Assembly (NCBI GenBank): GCA_963827235.1
Contig: CAWHAE010000009.1
Coordinates: 1,232,239 to 1,296,238 of the forward strand
Length of the DNA stretch: 64,000 nt
Source: an uncultured bacterium
GTDB taxonomy: Bacteria; Chloroflexota; UBA5177; JANWHV01
Reading direction: 5' to 3'
Both the position numbers and the translations under genes were made by a program. A model generated the notes under the pieces. The model was not told the origin of the DNA. It did not search any database and was given only the letters and a program-made list of their open reading frames with translations. How positions within the stretch are numbered: the first letter of the stretch is position 1; every line of letters begins with the position of its first letter. Shown in pieces: positions 9,147 through 19,433 of the stretch.

Positions 9147-10103
9147 ATGGCCAATCGACCGGACCTGGTTATCCGCTCGCTGCACGAGGATGAGCTTGCC
9201 GTCGCCGACAGTATCTACCGGCGGTCTTTCGGCACCTTCGTGGGCCTGCCCGACGCGGAGTCGTTCGGGGCCGACTCCGACTTGATCGGCAGCCGGTGGC
9301 GGGCCGATCCGGCGCGGGTGCTCGCCGCCGTGGACCACGGCAGCCTGGTCGGCACGTGCATCGCGACCAATTGGGGGAGCTTCGGCTTCTTCGGCCCGCT
9401 CACGGTGAGTCCGGAGCGATGGGATCAGGGGATAGGCAAGGCTCTGATGGGTGCCGTGATGCAGCACTTTGCCGCCTGGCATATCGGCCACCTGGGCCTT
9501 TTCACCTTCCCACACAGCACCAAGCACCTGCATCTCTACGAGCGATTCGGCTTTCACGCCCGCTTTCTCACTTCGATGATGTCGAAGACTCCCGAGCCCC
9601 GGGCCAACACAGACGCGCGGTGGTCCGACTTTGCCGCGCTGACGGCGGACGAGCGCGGAACGGCGCTGCAGGACTGCCGAGCGGTGGCCGATGCCGTGTT
9701 CGAAGGCCTCGACCTGACGGGGGAGATCGAGGCGGTGCACGCGCAACGGGCCGGCGACACGGTCCTGCTGCTCGATGGCGACCGGACGAGCGGATTTGCC
9801 GTCTGTCACTGTGGAGCCGGCACCGAGGCGACCGGAGGCGAGTGCTACGTCAAGTTTGGCGCGGTGCGTCCGGGCTCAGGGGCCGGATCGCGGTTCGCGC
9901 ACCTGCTGGACGCATGCGAGGCGTTCGCCGCCGCGCGCGGCCTGGGACGGGTGAGTGCCGGGGTCAACCTCGGCTGCGATGCGGCGTACGATGAGATGCG
10001 CCGACGGGGCTTTCGCATGGATTACACCGGAGTCGCCATGCAGCAGCCCAACGGGCCGGGCTACAACCGGAGCGATCGCCACGTGATCTCGGACTGGCGC
10101 TGA
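9147..10103 (+). CDS. GNAT family N-acetyltransferase (tandem GNAT-like domains)
   Basis: GAGGAG RBS; LTVSPERWDQGIGKALM acetyl-CoA motif, LYERFGF; second domain ends YDEMRRRGF. Confidence 0.88.
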   Translation: MANRPDLVIRSLHEDELAVADSIYRRSFGTFVGLPDAESFGADSDLIGSRWRADPARVLAAVDHGSLVGTCIATNWGSFGFFGPLTVSPERWDQGIGKALMGAVMQHFAAWHIGHLGLFTFPHSTKHLHLYERFGFHARFLTSMMSKTPEPRANTDARWSDFAALTADERGTALQDCRAVADAVFEGLDLTGEIEAVHAQRAGDTVLLLDGDRTSGFAVCHCGAGTEATGGECYVKFGAVRPGSGAGSRFAHLLDACEAFAAARGLGRVSAGVNLGCDAAYDEMRRRGFRMDYTGVAMQQPNGPGYNRSDRHVISDWR

Positions 10104-10355
10104 AGACTTCCCCGCACGCCGGCGCCGCAGGCAGACACCCAGCCGGCCACGCCTGCCGGAGCGTGGTCAGCGCCGCTCTCGCGCATTCGAATCTGCCGGT
10201 GGACACCTGCCGACGCCGGTGAGTCGTCCACGCGAGGTTGCCGGCCCGGCAGAGCCTTCCTGTACCATCAACGGTGTGGCGCGTGTCTCTCCGGTGCAGT
10301 AAGCTCTCGGCATCGGGGTGACGTTGCCGGAGTTGATGTCGTAAGGCATGCGTGG

Positions 10356-11669
10356 ATGGTCCGGGAAAGAGGGCGCGGCACGGTTATCGGGCGGCTGCCG
10401 AGCCTGCGCCGTGTTCTGGCTCAACGAGGTCGCCCGAGGGGACACCCCGTGGCGGTCCTTGCGCTTGCCGTGGGTGTGTTGGCGCTCCTGGTGTCGCTGC
10501 TGCTTGGCACCGGCCGGCAGCCCGGTCGAGCGGCATTCAGCACTGCCGGCTGCGTCTGGGGCGACCCGGCGCTGCAAGCCGAGGAGCAGCGTGCCGTGGC
10601 CGCCGTGTGGGCGGACAATCTCTCGCGGCGCTACGCCATCGTGCACCCTAGCCGAGCCTACGCCGGCGTGTGGCTGCGCGACTCGTTCTGGACTTTTCTC
10701 GCCGCCGGCGACGTGCATCTGGCCGGTCGCGCCCTGCGGCATTTTGCCATGCGCCAACAAGCAAATGGTCAGGTTCCGACCCAGTTCGTCGACTTCCTGC
10801 GGCAACCGCTCTATCGCGCCGACGAGTCGACGCTCCTTTACCTCATCTGGGCGGAGTGGCAGGCGCGCCACGACGGCTGGCTGCCGGCTCGCCCTTCCCT
10901 GGCGCGAGCGCTGGCCTACGTGCGGCAGCAGAGCCGCAGCGGCTGGTACGTGAGTCGAGCAGGCAGTTATGCCGACTGGTTCGACGGCTACCGGCTGCCG
11001 CAAGCCGATACGCTGAGCTATACTCAGGGGCTCTATGTCGATGCTCTGCTGGCCGCTCGGGCGGAGGGCCAGGACGTTCGCCCGGCCGAGATCGGGGCGG
11101 CCATCGCGGCCTACCGCGCCCTTGCCGATCCCCACGACGGCTACCTTCGCTTCAGCCGCTTGCACGCCTATCACGACGTCAGCGGGCTCACCGGGGAGTT
11201 CCTGGCCGAGTGGCTGTTTGGGCGAGATCTGCTACCGGATGCCACGGTCTCGGCTACTCTACGCACCCAGCCCCGCTATGGCAACGGCTTTCGCGTCGTG
11301 ACGAACGCCGATGGCACATACCTGAGTCCGCACCTGTTCGTGACCCATGAGTTCCCGGGTGACTATCAGAACGGCGGCTCATGGCTGCTCTACGACTACC
11401 TGGCCTTGGCGACCGGCTGCGCGCACCACGTCGGCGGAACGGGCGCCGCTTTAGCCGCGCGTCTGCGCCTGGAGTTTCGCCGTGGTGCCGTCCTGCACGA
11501 GTATCTGAACACCGATCCCACGTCTGCGTTGGCGGGCGGTGAGCCCTCGGTTCGCGACAACTTCTCCTGGGATACGTTCATCCTGCAGGTGGATCGGTTT
11601 CTGCACGCACAGGCCGCGCCGGTCGCGCGGTCCACGCCGGGCGGCGCCAGGGTGCGCCCCGCTCAGTGA
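10356..11669 (+). CDS. Putative membrane-anchored or secreted six-hairpin glycoside hydrolase (GDE/GH100-like)
   Basis: N-terminal hydrophobic helix; YAGVWLRDSFW, DESTLLY, ADWFD, GDYQNGGSW motifs typical of (alpha/alpha)6 glycosidases; exact start uncertain. Confidence 0.65.
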   Translation: MVRERGRGTVIGRLPSLRRVLAQRGRPRGHPVAVLALAVGVLALLVSLLLGTGRQPGRAAFSTAGCVWGDPALQAEEQRAVAAVWADNLSRRYAIVHPSRAYAGVWLRDSFWTFLAAGDVHLAGRALRHFAMRQQANGQVPTQFVDFLRQPLYRADESTLLYLIWAEWQARHDGWLPARPSLARALAYVRQQSRSGWYVSRAGSYADWFDGYRLPQADTLSYTQGLYVDALLAARAEGQDVRPAEIGAAIAAYRALADPHDGYLRFSRLHAYHDVSGLTGEFLAEWLFGRDLLPDATVSATLRTQPRYGNGFRVVTNADGTYLSPHLFVTHEFPGDYQNGGSWLLYDYLALATGCAHHVGGTGAALAARLRLEFRRGAVLHEYLNTDPTSALAGGEPSVRDNFSWDTFILQVDRFLHAQAAPVARSTPGGARVRPAQ

Positions 11670-12939
11670 CGGGGATACAGGAGCGTAACGTCACCAGCAC
11701 CAGGAGCGCATTGCGCAGCAGGATACTTGCCATGAACAGCGGGTGGCGCGGTAGCCGGACGAGGCTGTGATCGAGGGTATAGGCATAGGGGTAGATCACG
11801 AGCGTCAGAGCGGCGAGCAGCAGCCAGCGAAGGCGCAGTCCGTCCACGTAGGCTGCCAGCGGGAAGAGCCACAGGAAGTACTGTGGGCTGAGCAGCTTGC
11901 TCGTGCACAGAACGGTGAGCAGCAGCTGGATAGCGAGCTGCTGCGCCGTTTCCTTGCCCCGTGCCGCCCGCCAGCAGACGAAGAGCGTTCCGGCGAGGAG
12001 CAGCAGCGTCGAGACGCCGGCGGCGAAGCTCGACCATGGCCCTTCGACGTTGACCGAGTGATAGGTGAGCCGGACGCTGGCGTGTCCGCTCGCGTTGCCG
12101 GCGAGCCAGAGCAGCGATCCGGCAACGGACTCGATCTGGGGCGGGCGCGCGGCGTTGTAGTGCAGTGGAGCCAGAAACCCACCGGGATTGAGCGCCAGAA
12201 ACGGCAGCGCGCCTGCCAACACGACCAGCACGAACAGCAGCAATTCGCGTAGCGGCACTCGACCGCTCGAGCGCCACTGGAAGATGGCCAGCACAGGCAC
12301 GAGCAGACCTGGGTAGAGCTTGAGCAACGTCGCCGCGCCCAGCAGCACGTAGGCAGCGCCGTACCGCGATCGCTCGACCAGCACCAGAGCGCCGAGCACC
12401 AGCACACCCGGTATGAGGTCATAGCGTTCCAGGGTAGTGCCCCAGCCGCCGATCAGCACGTACGCGCCGCAGGCCACTGCACAGAGGAACAAGCGCCGGC
12501 GGACAAGGAAGCCGACCGCGCCGGCCAGGACCAGGGCAACGAGCACCATGTACGCCACGGGGTACGAGGCGCCGGGCCACAGCAGCGGCAACGAGAACCA
12601 CAGCAGAGCCGGAGCCGGGTATTCGCGCGGCATGGTGTGGAAGGAGTTCGGGATAGATGTCCAGAACAGCCAGCGATGGTCGGCACAGTAGCGCATGAGC
12701 GGAGCGTCGTGGAGCGCCGCCGTTCCGCGCCAGAAGCCGCGGGCGTAGCACTCGTAGGCGAATACGTCGTCATTGGGAATCATGCCGCCGCGCGTATGCA
12801 GGTAGGTGAAGTCGGCGCCGAGGGCGATGGCAAGCAGGACAAGCACCACGGCGCCGGCGGCAAAGCGCGGCACCGGCAATCGGACCCCAGCGAGCCCGCG
12901 GCGATCCACGTTACGCCAGCGCCGGAGCGCCGGCTTCAC
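11578..12939 (-). CDS. GT87-like (GT-C) polyprenyl-phosphate-sugar dependent glycosyltransferase
   Basis: Polytopic membrane protein; likely GTG 12939 overlapping the upstream TGA; DVFAY, PREYP, RYDLIP, LKLYP, RPPQIES, SKLLSPQYFLW. Confidence 0.8.
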   Translation of the reverse strand: MKPALRRWRNVDRRGLAGVRLPVPRFAAGAVVLVLLAIALGADFTYLHTRGGMIPNDDVFAYECYARGFWRGTAALHDAPLMRYCADHRWLFWTSIPNSFHTMPREYPAPALLWFSLPLLWPGASYPVAYMVLVALVLAGAVGFLVRRRLFLCAVACGAYVLIGGWGTTLERYDLIPGVLVLGALVLVERSRYGAAYVLLGAATLLKLYPGLLVPVLAIFQWRSSGRVPLRELLLFVLVVLAGALPFLALNPGGFLAPLHYNAARPPQIESVAGSLLWLAGNASGHASVRLTYHSVNVEGPWSSFAAGVSTLLLLAGTLFVCWRAARGKETAQQLAIQLLLTVLCTSKLLSPQYFLWLFPLAAYVDGLRLRWLLLAALTLVIYPYAYTLDHSLVRLPRHPLFMASILLRNALLVLVTLRSCIPVTERGAPWRRPAWTARPARPVRAETDPPAG

Positions 12940-14168
12940 GCGATCCACCGGCCTCGCACGAAGACGATGGTGAAGAGCGCCAGCAGACCGACAGAACAGA
13001 CGGTGATCAGCCTGTCGCTCGCTCGTGGACGCCCGAGCAGGGCGAGTGCTATGAACGGTGGGAACACGGTCAGATCGAATCGCGCGATGGACAACAGGGC
13101 GAGCGGCTGGCCCGGCATTGCCGTGGGAGACATGAGCACGACCAGCATCACGGCGCTGGCGTATGCCGTGTACGAGCGGCGCAGCCTGGTGCTGCCCCAT
13201 GCGATCAGACCCAGGAAGAGCAGGGCAAAGGCAACGTCCACGAGCGACTGCGCCGCCAGCGAGTTTCTGGTGTGCGGCGAATACTGGGCGAGCGGATGCA
13301 TGATCCGGCCGGCGTCCTCCAGCAAGCCCTGCCACGGCAGGGCGAATACGCGGTGCCACGCCTCCTGTGCACGTAGAAAGAGCAGGGCGTCTCCAAAGCG
13401 CGCCTGCAGATAGACCATGTAGGTGAGGAGGCCCGTTGGCACGAGCAGGAGGGCCGGCGCAACCTTCAGCCAGCCGTCCGGCTTGCTCTCGTCGCGCAGC
13501 GCATCATAGAGCTCGAGTGCAAAAGGAATAACCAGTGCGACACCGAGCTGCCGCGTGAGACACGCCGCCATGCCGCAGAACCCGGCAAGCCACCACCGGC
13601 GCAAGCGCAGCGCGCAGAGGCAGCCCACGCAGCAGAGCAGATACAAGGACTCGGAATAGGCGGCAAAGAAGAACAGCGCGGTAGGAAAGACGGCCAGGTA
13701 GAACACCGCGCGGTCGGCCGTGTCGACATCGAAGTCGATCAGCACCAGGCGATGAAACACGTACAGGCAGGCAAGGAAACTGATGTTGGTCACCAGCAGC
13801 CCGGATTCGTACGCGGGAATGGCCGTCACCAGGCTCGTGACGTGCGTGAGCAAGGGGAAGAGCGGGAAGAAAGCCACGTCCGATTGGACGGGCGGCGCCT
13901 GCCAGGAGTAGCCGTGATTGGCGACCCGCACGTACCATAGCACGTCCCATCGCTCCCAGAGGGCAGCGAGGCCCACGGCGTGGCCGGCCACGTCGTAGAA
14001 CAGCCTGCCGGTAAGCAGGCTGATCATGGTCAACACGACGTGGTTGACCAGAAACGCGGAGCCGGCGACCCAAGCACTGGACCGCCGACTCGAAACCCGT
14101 TCCGACGTCGAGTGTTGAGCCCAACCCACGACCATATGTTCCGACATGAGTGCTTCAATGAGGCTCAA
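12936..14168 (-). CDS. PIG-V-like mannosyltransferase (GT-C)
   Basis: WERWDVLWY..A..GY, AFFPLFPLL, FPTALFFFAAYSESLYL, AQEAW signatures; start may be the downstream ATG. Confidence 0.88.
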   Translation of the reverse strand: MSLIEALMSEHMVVGWAQHSTSERVSSRRSSAWVAGSAFLVNHVVLTMISLLTGRLFYDVAGHAVGLAALWERWDVLWYVRVANHGYSWQAPPVQSDVAFFPLFPLLTHVTSLVTAIPAYESGLLVTNISFLACLYVFHRLVLIDFDVDTADRAVFYLAVFPTALFFFAAYSESLYLLCCVGCLCALRLRRWWLAGFCGMAACLTRQLGVALVIPFALELYDALRDESKPDGWLKVAPALLLVPTGLLTYMVYLQARFGDALLFLRAQEAWHRVFALPWQGLLEDAGRIMHPLAQYSPHTRNSLAAQSLVDVAFALLFLGLIAWGSTRLRRSYTAYASAVMLVVLMSPTAMPGQPLALLSIARFDLTVFPPFIALALLGRPRASDRLITVCSVGLLALFTIVFVRGRWIA

Positions 14169-14234
14169 TAGACGCCCCGGCGCTCGAATGAGGCCGCTTC
14201 GGTCTCATAATACACCGGTAGCGTCTGATACACT

Positions 14235-16145
14235 ATGCTCCTGTCCGTGAGTGTCCTTCACCGAGTTCATCTCGCGCTAAGGCGCGCTCTGCTATGGTAC
14301 GACGAGATGTCCATAGCTCAGGCCGCATGGCGGCATACACTATCGAACATGGCACGGTTGGCTCACCGGTCTCACGTGTGCTGCGCGCTCGCGGTCCGAG
14401 CACTGGCGGTCCTGGCACTCTGCGTGGCCCTCGGGTGCTTCGGCTCGCTGTACCCCCAGGTGTCGCGCGCGGACTCGATCGCGCGAACGAAGCAGCAGCT
14501 TCTCACGGAAGCCGAGCGCGCGGCTGCCGCGATGCCGCACCGGCGTGCCGGCTACCCGCTGCTGGCCAGCTACAACGGCTTCGCGCTGGCCACGGACGTG
14601 CCCGCCTACGCCTACTACAATCTCGTCATTGCCTCGCAGGACGCCAACGTAGGAGCGCCCAGCCCTCTGGCGCTGTTGCGTTTGGCCAATCCCAAGGTGA
14701 TTGCGCTCCTCTACCAGCGCACGCTGCAGGTCGACTACCCGCTGATACACCAGTACTACGGCACGAACGCGCTGTATCCGGGATGGTGGCTGCTGCGGGC
14801 GGGATCCGTCCTGAAGACCAATATCAACGCCACGCAGCGCTGGATTCCGGTGCAGGACCCCTCGCGCTTTCAGATCTACGACGACGTACTCGTGGATGGC
14901 GAGACCATGCACGTGGTGGGCAAGTACGGCGTCGCCCTGATCGTGCAACGCGGCTTCTACAGCCGGGCGGTGCCCCACAAGCTGGGCGCGCGCATCGCGG
15001 CCCACTACAGCTACCGCGTGGATCTGCAGAACAGCGTGATCACGGGACCGAGCGAGAATCGCCGCCCGTGGTCGCTCAACCTGTCCGCCACGTGCCCGCG
15101 CGACAGGCAGGGGCGGACCTGGGACGATTTCCTGACCGGCTTCCTGCGCAATCGGCTGCGGGCGGGCAGCTGGAACGGCATATTCCTGGACAACACCGAC
15201 CAGACTCCGCGTGACCCGACGGTCGACGTCAACAACGACAACCAGCCCGACGGCGGCATAGTGGGCGGGGTGAACGTCTGGCGCCAGGGTGAACTGGGGC
15301 TCATGGCCGGCTTGCGCCGGCTGGTGCCCGGCGTGCTGATCCTGGACAACGGCACTCTGGTAAGCGGTGGAGTAGCCAACGGCCGTGAGTTCGAGAACTT
15401 CGCCCTCTCCGGCTCAGCCTATGCGGCGGGCATGCGCGACTACACGTTGTGGCCGCAGCTCGTGGCAGCTCCGCGCTTGCTGGTGGTCAACCCGGACACG
15501 CAGGAGCATCCGCACTACGATCTGCGCGCCATGCGGTTTGGACTGGCGTCGGCCCTGCTGGGCGACGGTCTGTACGCCTACGACGAGGGATGGCACCACC
15601 ATGGTGCCGCCTGGATGTTCGACGAATACGACGACGGCGCCGGCACGGCGCTGCTCAATGATACGCCGGTCACCGCGACATACCTGGACGTGAGGAGCCC
15701 GGCGCAGTTCCGAGTCGGCGACATGCTCATCGTGGGGCGCGAGCAGATGCGGGTTACCGGCGTGGGCGCTCAGCGCCTGAGCGTCGAGCGCGGCATCGGC
15801 GGCACGGAGGTAGTCAGCCACCCGGCACACACGGTCGTGGCCACCGCGGCGCAGATCGCCGCCGGCTCGGGCTATCTGGGGCAGCCTGCCGGTGGCGCCC
15901 AGGTGCTGGCGAGCTCGGAGAATGCCGGCACCGGCGGTGCCGTGCTGGCGAGAGCGTTTCAGCACGGCCTGGTGCTGGTCAACCCGACGGCGCACAGCCT
16001 GGTCGCCCGGCTGCCGCGCCTGTATTGGCATCTCGAAGGCGATCAGGATCCGGCCGTCAACGACGGCAAACCGGTGCAATCGGTGCTCCTGCAGCCGTAT
16101 ACGGGCCTCGTTCTCCTGAACTCCCCACCGGGACGGCGCGCGTAG
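14235..16145 (+). CDS. Putative secreted TIM-barrel glycoside hydrolase (GHL15-like) with two inserted beta domains
   Basis: Signal/TM segment; LRLANPKVIALLY, WNGIFLDN, NGREFE, MRFGLASALLGDG, WMFDEYD, LGQPAG, RAFQHGLVLVNPT; true start probably downstream (e.g. 14307 or 14349). Confidence 0.7.
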   Translation: MLLSVSVLHRVHLALRRALLWYDEMSIAQAAWRHTLSNMARLAHRSHVCCALAVRALAVLALCVALGCFGSLYPQVSRADSIARTKQQLLTEAERAAAAMPHRRAGYPLLASYNGFALATDVPAYAYYNLVIASQDANVGAPSPLALLRLANPKVIALLYQRTLQVDYPLIHQYYGTNALYPGWWLLRAGSVLKTNINATQRWIPVQDPSRFQIYDDVLVDGETMHVVGKYGVALIVQRGFYSRAVPHKLGARIAAHYSYRVDLQNSVITGPSENRRPWSLNLSATCPRDRQGRTWDDFLTGFLRNRLRAGSWNGIFLDNTDQTPRDPTVDVNNDNQPDGGIVGGVNVWRQGELGLMAGLRRLVPGVLILDNGTLVSGGVANGREFENFALSGSAYAAGMRDYTLWPQLVAAPRLLVVNPDTQEHPHYDLRAMRFGLASALLGDGLYAYDEGWHHHGAAWMFDEYDDGAGTALLNDTPVTATYLDVRSPAQFRVGDMLIVGREQMRVTGVGAQRLSVERGIGGTEVVSHPAHTVVATAAQIAAGSGYLGQPAGGAQVLASSENAGTGGAVLARAFQHGLVLVNPTAHSLVARLPRLYWHLEGDQDPAVNDGKPVQSVLLQPYTGLVLLNSPPGRRA

Positions 16146-16182
16146 AGCATGCGCGGGTGCCCTGCGGCGATCGCCCGGACGC

Positions 16183-17823
16183 TCACTGCCCTCGCTGCAC
16201 GTCGGCGCGCGTGAATCCGAGTACGCCCATGGCCAGCACGAGGACGGCCAGCGCGGTCATGGCCAGTGAAGCGCCCCAGCGAGGCCCATCCGTGATCGGG
16301 CTGCCGTACTGGTGGAACATTGAGAGATCGGCGAGCCACGCCGGCAGATTGAGCGCGGTGTAGAGCAGCGAGGCCAGGAAGGAGAGGGCAACCAGCGATC
16401 CCACCACGCCCGTGCCGATAGCCGCCGCGGCCCGCCCGGCCAATAGAAACACCACGCTAGCAGTGATCAGCTCCAGTGGGAAGATGCCCAGCATGGCCGC
16501 CGTCACATACCCTGCATCCAGATTCAGGCCGGCGAGACGACCGCTCACCAATACGATCAACTCGACGACCAGCGGCGCACAGACGAGCAGAAGCGCGAGT
16601 GAGGCGAAACGCTCCAGGATCACTCGCCAGCGAGGATTTGGCGTCGCCAGCACCAGCTCGATCGTGCCCGTGTCCAGATCGCGCGACCACGCCCCGGCTT
16701 CCACCATGGCGTAGATCACCAGCAGGAGTGGGAGATAGAGAAACAGGATAGCGGCCAGGAAACCCGCATCGGTCATCACGTTGTGGCTGCCCAACACCTG
16801 GCTCAGCTGGCGTGGCGTATCGGCCAGCACCTTGCGCAGGGTATCCTCGGTGCTGCGCGCCACGCCCGTGGTCCAGGCCGCGTAGACGCCGAGCCCGGCG
16901 ATCCACCAGAGCGCAGTAGGAAGCTGCGCGGCAAGCCCGCGTATCCACACGGCGCGCAGGGTACGATCCGCGAAGGGCCGCTCGAGCGTCTGGACAGGTG
17001 TGACCGCCCGTTGTACGGCACGATGCCTCCAGGCCACGCCACCCACGTCTCGCCACAGCAACAGGGGCACACTGGCGCCGCCCAGCACGAGCGCGAGCAG
17101 GGCCTGCACGAGCAGGCCGCTGCTATTCGTGCCGTAGGAGGAAATCAACGGCTTGCTCAGGTCGTAGTAGTAGAGGGGGGATAGGTGCTGCAGCCACCCC
17201 GCCTTGGCCACCCGGCCCGTGCCTTCTACTAGGTAGGCAAGGACCATGATGGCGCCGGCCAGCCCCGCCGCGGCGCCCGCCGACCGTACAACCTGGGCGA
17301 TCAAGAGAGCCAGCATGGCAAACACCAACGCCGCCAGGCTGGCGTTGAGACCGGCCATCAGCGCGCCGCCCGCATCGACGTGCAGGTGCGCTTTGGACTC
17401 TCCGCCCATGGCGCCTACGGCGATCAGGATCCCGATTGCAGCCAAGGCGATCAGCAGCGCGACCGCCTTCTCGGTCAGCACGCGCCCGCGCGAGCGAGGC
17501 ACGGAGAGCAATACGTCGAGGGAGCGGCGGTCTTCCTCGCGCCGGAGGAGACGTGCGCCGGCCATTACCGACCAGATGCCGAGCAGGACAGGCAATGCGC
17601 CCATGCTCTTCCACGTGGCATAGCCGGTCGGCGTGGTGAGTGCCACGGGATCGCCGAAGAAGCGCATGCTCTCGGCCAGCGATGCCGCGTCCTGCCGCGC
17701 TTTCAGGCTCAGCAGGCCGACCGCGTAGATTTGCGAATAGATCAGCACGGCCAGCCCAAGACCCCAGCCCAATATCGCCACGCGGTACTCGCGCAGAGTC
17801 TTGGTCCAGATCGATCGCAGCAC
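16183..17823 (-). CDS. ABC-2 type exporter permease (duplicated membrane domain)
   Basis: Likely GTG 17823 (VLRSIWTKTLREYR); two repeats of (E/D)xx..(L/I)(D/E)x(L/V)L..PxxRxRV..E(K/R); many TM segments. Confidence 0.88.
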   Translation of the reverse strand: MLRSIWTKTLREYRVAILGWGLGLAVLIYSQIYAVGLLSLKARQDAASLAESMRFFGDPVALTTPTGYATWKSMGALPVLLGIWSVMAGARLLRREEDRRSLDVLLSVPRSRGRVLTEKAVALLIALAAIGILIAVGAMGGESKAHLHVDAGGALMAGLNASLAALVFAMLALLIAQVVRSAGAAAGLAGAIMVLAYLVEGTGRVAKAGWLQHLSPLYYYDLSKPLISSYGTNSSGLLVQALLALVLGGASVPLLLWRDVGGVAWRHRAVQRAVTPVQTLERPFADRTLRAVWIRGLAAQLPTALWWIAGLGVYAAWTTGVARSTEDTLRKVLADTPRQLSQVLGSHNVMTDAGFLAAILFLYLPLLLVIYAMVEAGAWSRDLDTGTIELVLATPNPRWRVILERFASLALLLVCAPLVVELIVLVSGRLAGLNLDAGYVTAAMLGIFPLELITASVVFLLAGRAAAAIGTGVVGSLVALSFLASLLYTALNLPAWLADLSMFHQYGSPITDGPRWGASLAMTALAVLVLAMGVLGFTRADVQRGQ

Positions 17824-17831
17824 GACGATAC

Positions 17832-18760
<929 letters not shown>

Positions 18761-18764
<4 letters not shown>

Positions 18765-19282
18765 GGCCGTTGTCCGTATCTATCCAGAAGAGGCAGAGAC
18801 GACTGATGGGCATTGGTATACCGCTCGCGCCAGCGCGCGAGTGTGGCCTCGAACTCGGCGGTTGTGAAATCGCAGTAGTCGAGCAGCTCCCCGAGGCGGG
18901 CGCGAGCCGGCTCGTCGTCCGGTGCCAGTGCGGCCAGCCCGCGCTCGGCTACGCGACGCATGACCACGGTGGCCTCGAGACTGGCTCTGATGCCGCGACC
19001 CCATGTGTCCGCGGTGACCCGATAGTAATCGCGCCGGTCGCCGGGAAAGCTCACGCGCTCGACCAGGGCGCTGCTCACGCTGACCCGTACGTTGGTCGAA
19101 ATCGACGATCGCGCGACGCCCAGAGTATTGGCCATCTCATCCAGGGTGAGCGGCCGGTCGGCCAATATCAGCAGACCGAGCACGCGGCCGCCGATGCGCG
19201 CGAGGCCGTACTGTCCAAAGAACAGCCCCATGTCCTCGATGAACTGTAGTTTTCCGGGCGAGAGCTGAATGACGCTGTCCAT
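18761..19282 (-). CDS. GbsR/MarR family transcriptional regulator
   Basis: FIEDMG..GLARIGGRVLGLL..LTLDEMANTLGVARSSISTNVR..PGDRRDYY. Confidence 0.9.
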
Positions 19283-19330
19283 ACGGCACTTTCTCCGTCG
19301 CTTCGACGCCGCACATCGGGTCCGACAGTC

Positions 19331-19365
19331 ATGCTACTCTCGACGGTTCCGTCAGTCAAGACTGA
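19331..19365 (-). promoter_or_regulatory. Sigma70-type promoter with overlapping palindromic operator
   Basis: Minus strand TTGACT (19359-19354)-N17-TAGCAT (19336-19331); palindrome TCAGTC-AA-GACTGA (19352-19365) covers the -35. Confidence 0.7.
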
Positions 19366-19433
19366 AATATCAGACGACAGCCGCGGCGACTTGCTTCTCT
19401 CGAATGCGGCAGGCGGAGCCGTACGGCGAGCTT

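Noticed and set aside
12940-13359. Long N-terminal extensions in the ORF track (e.g. starts at 13359, 6846, 18063, 38007, 39433, 49696, 54672, 61848)
   Set aside because: They overlap upstream genes or lack family similarity; downstream starts with an RBS or stop/start coupling fit better
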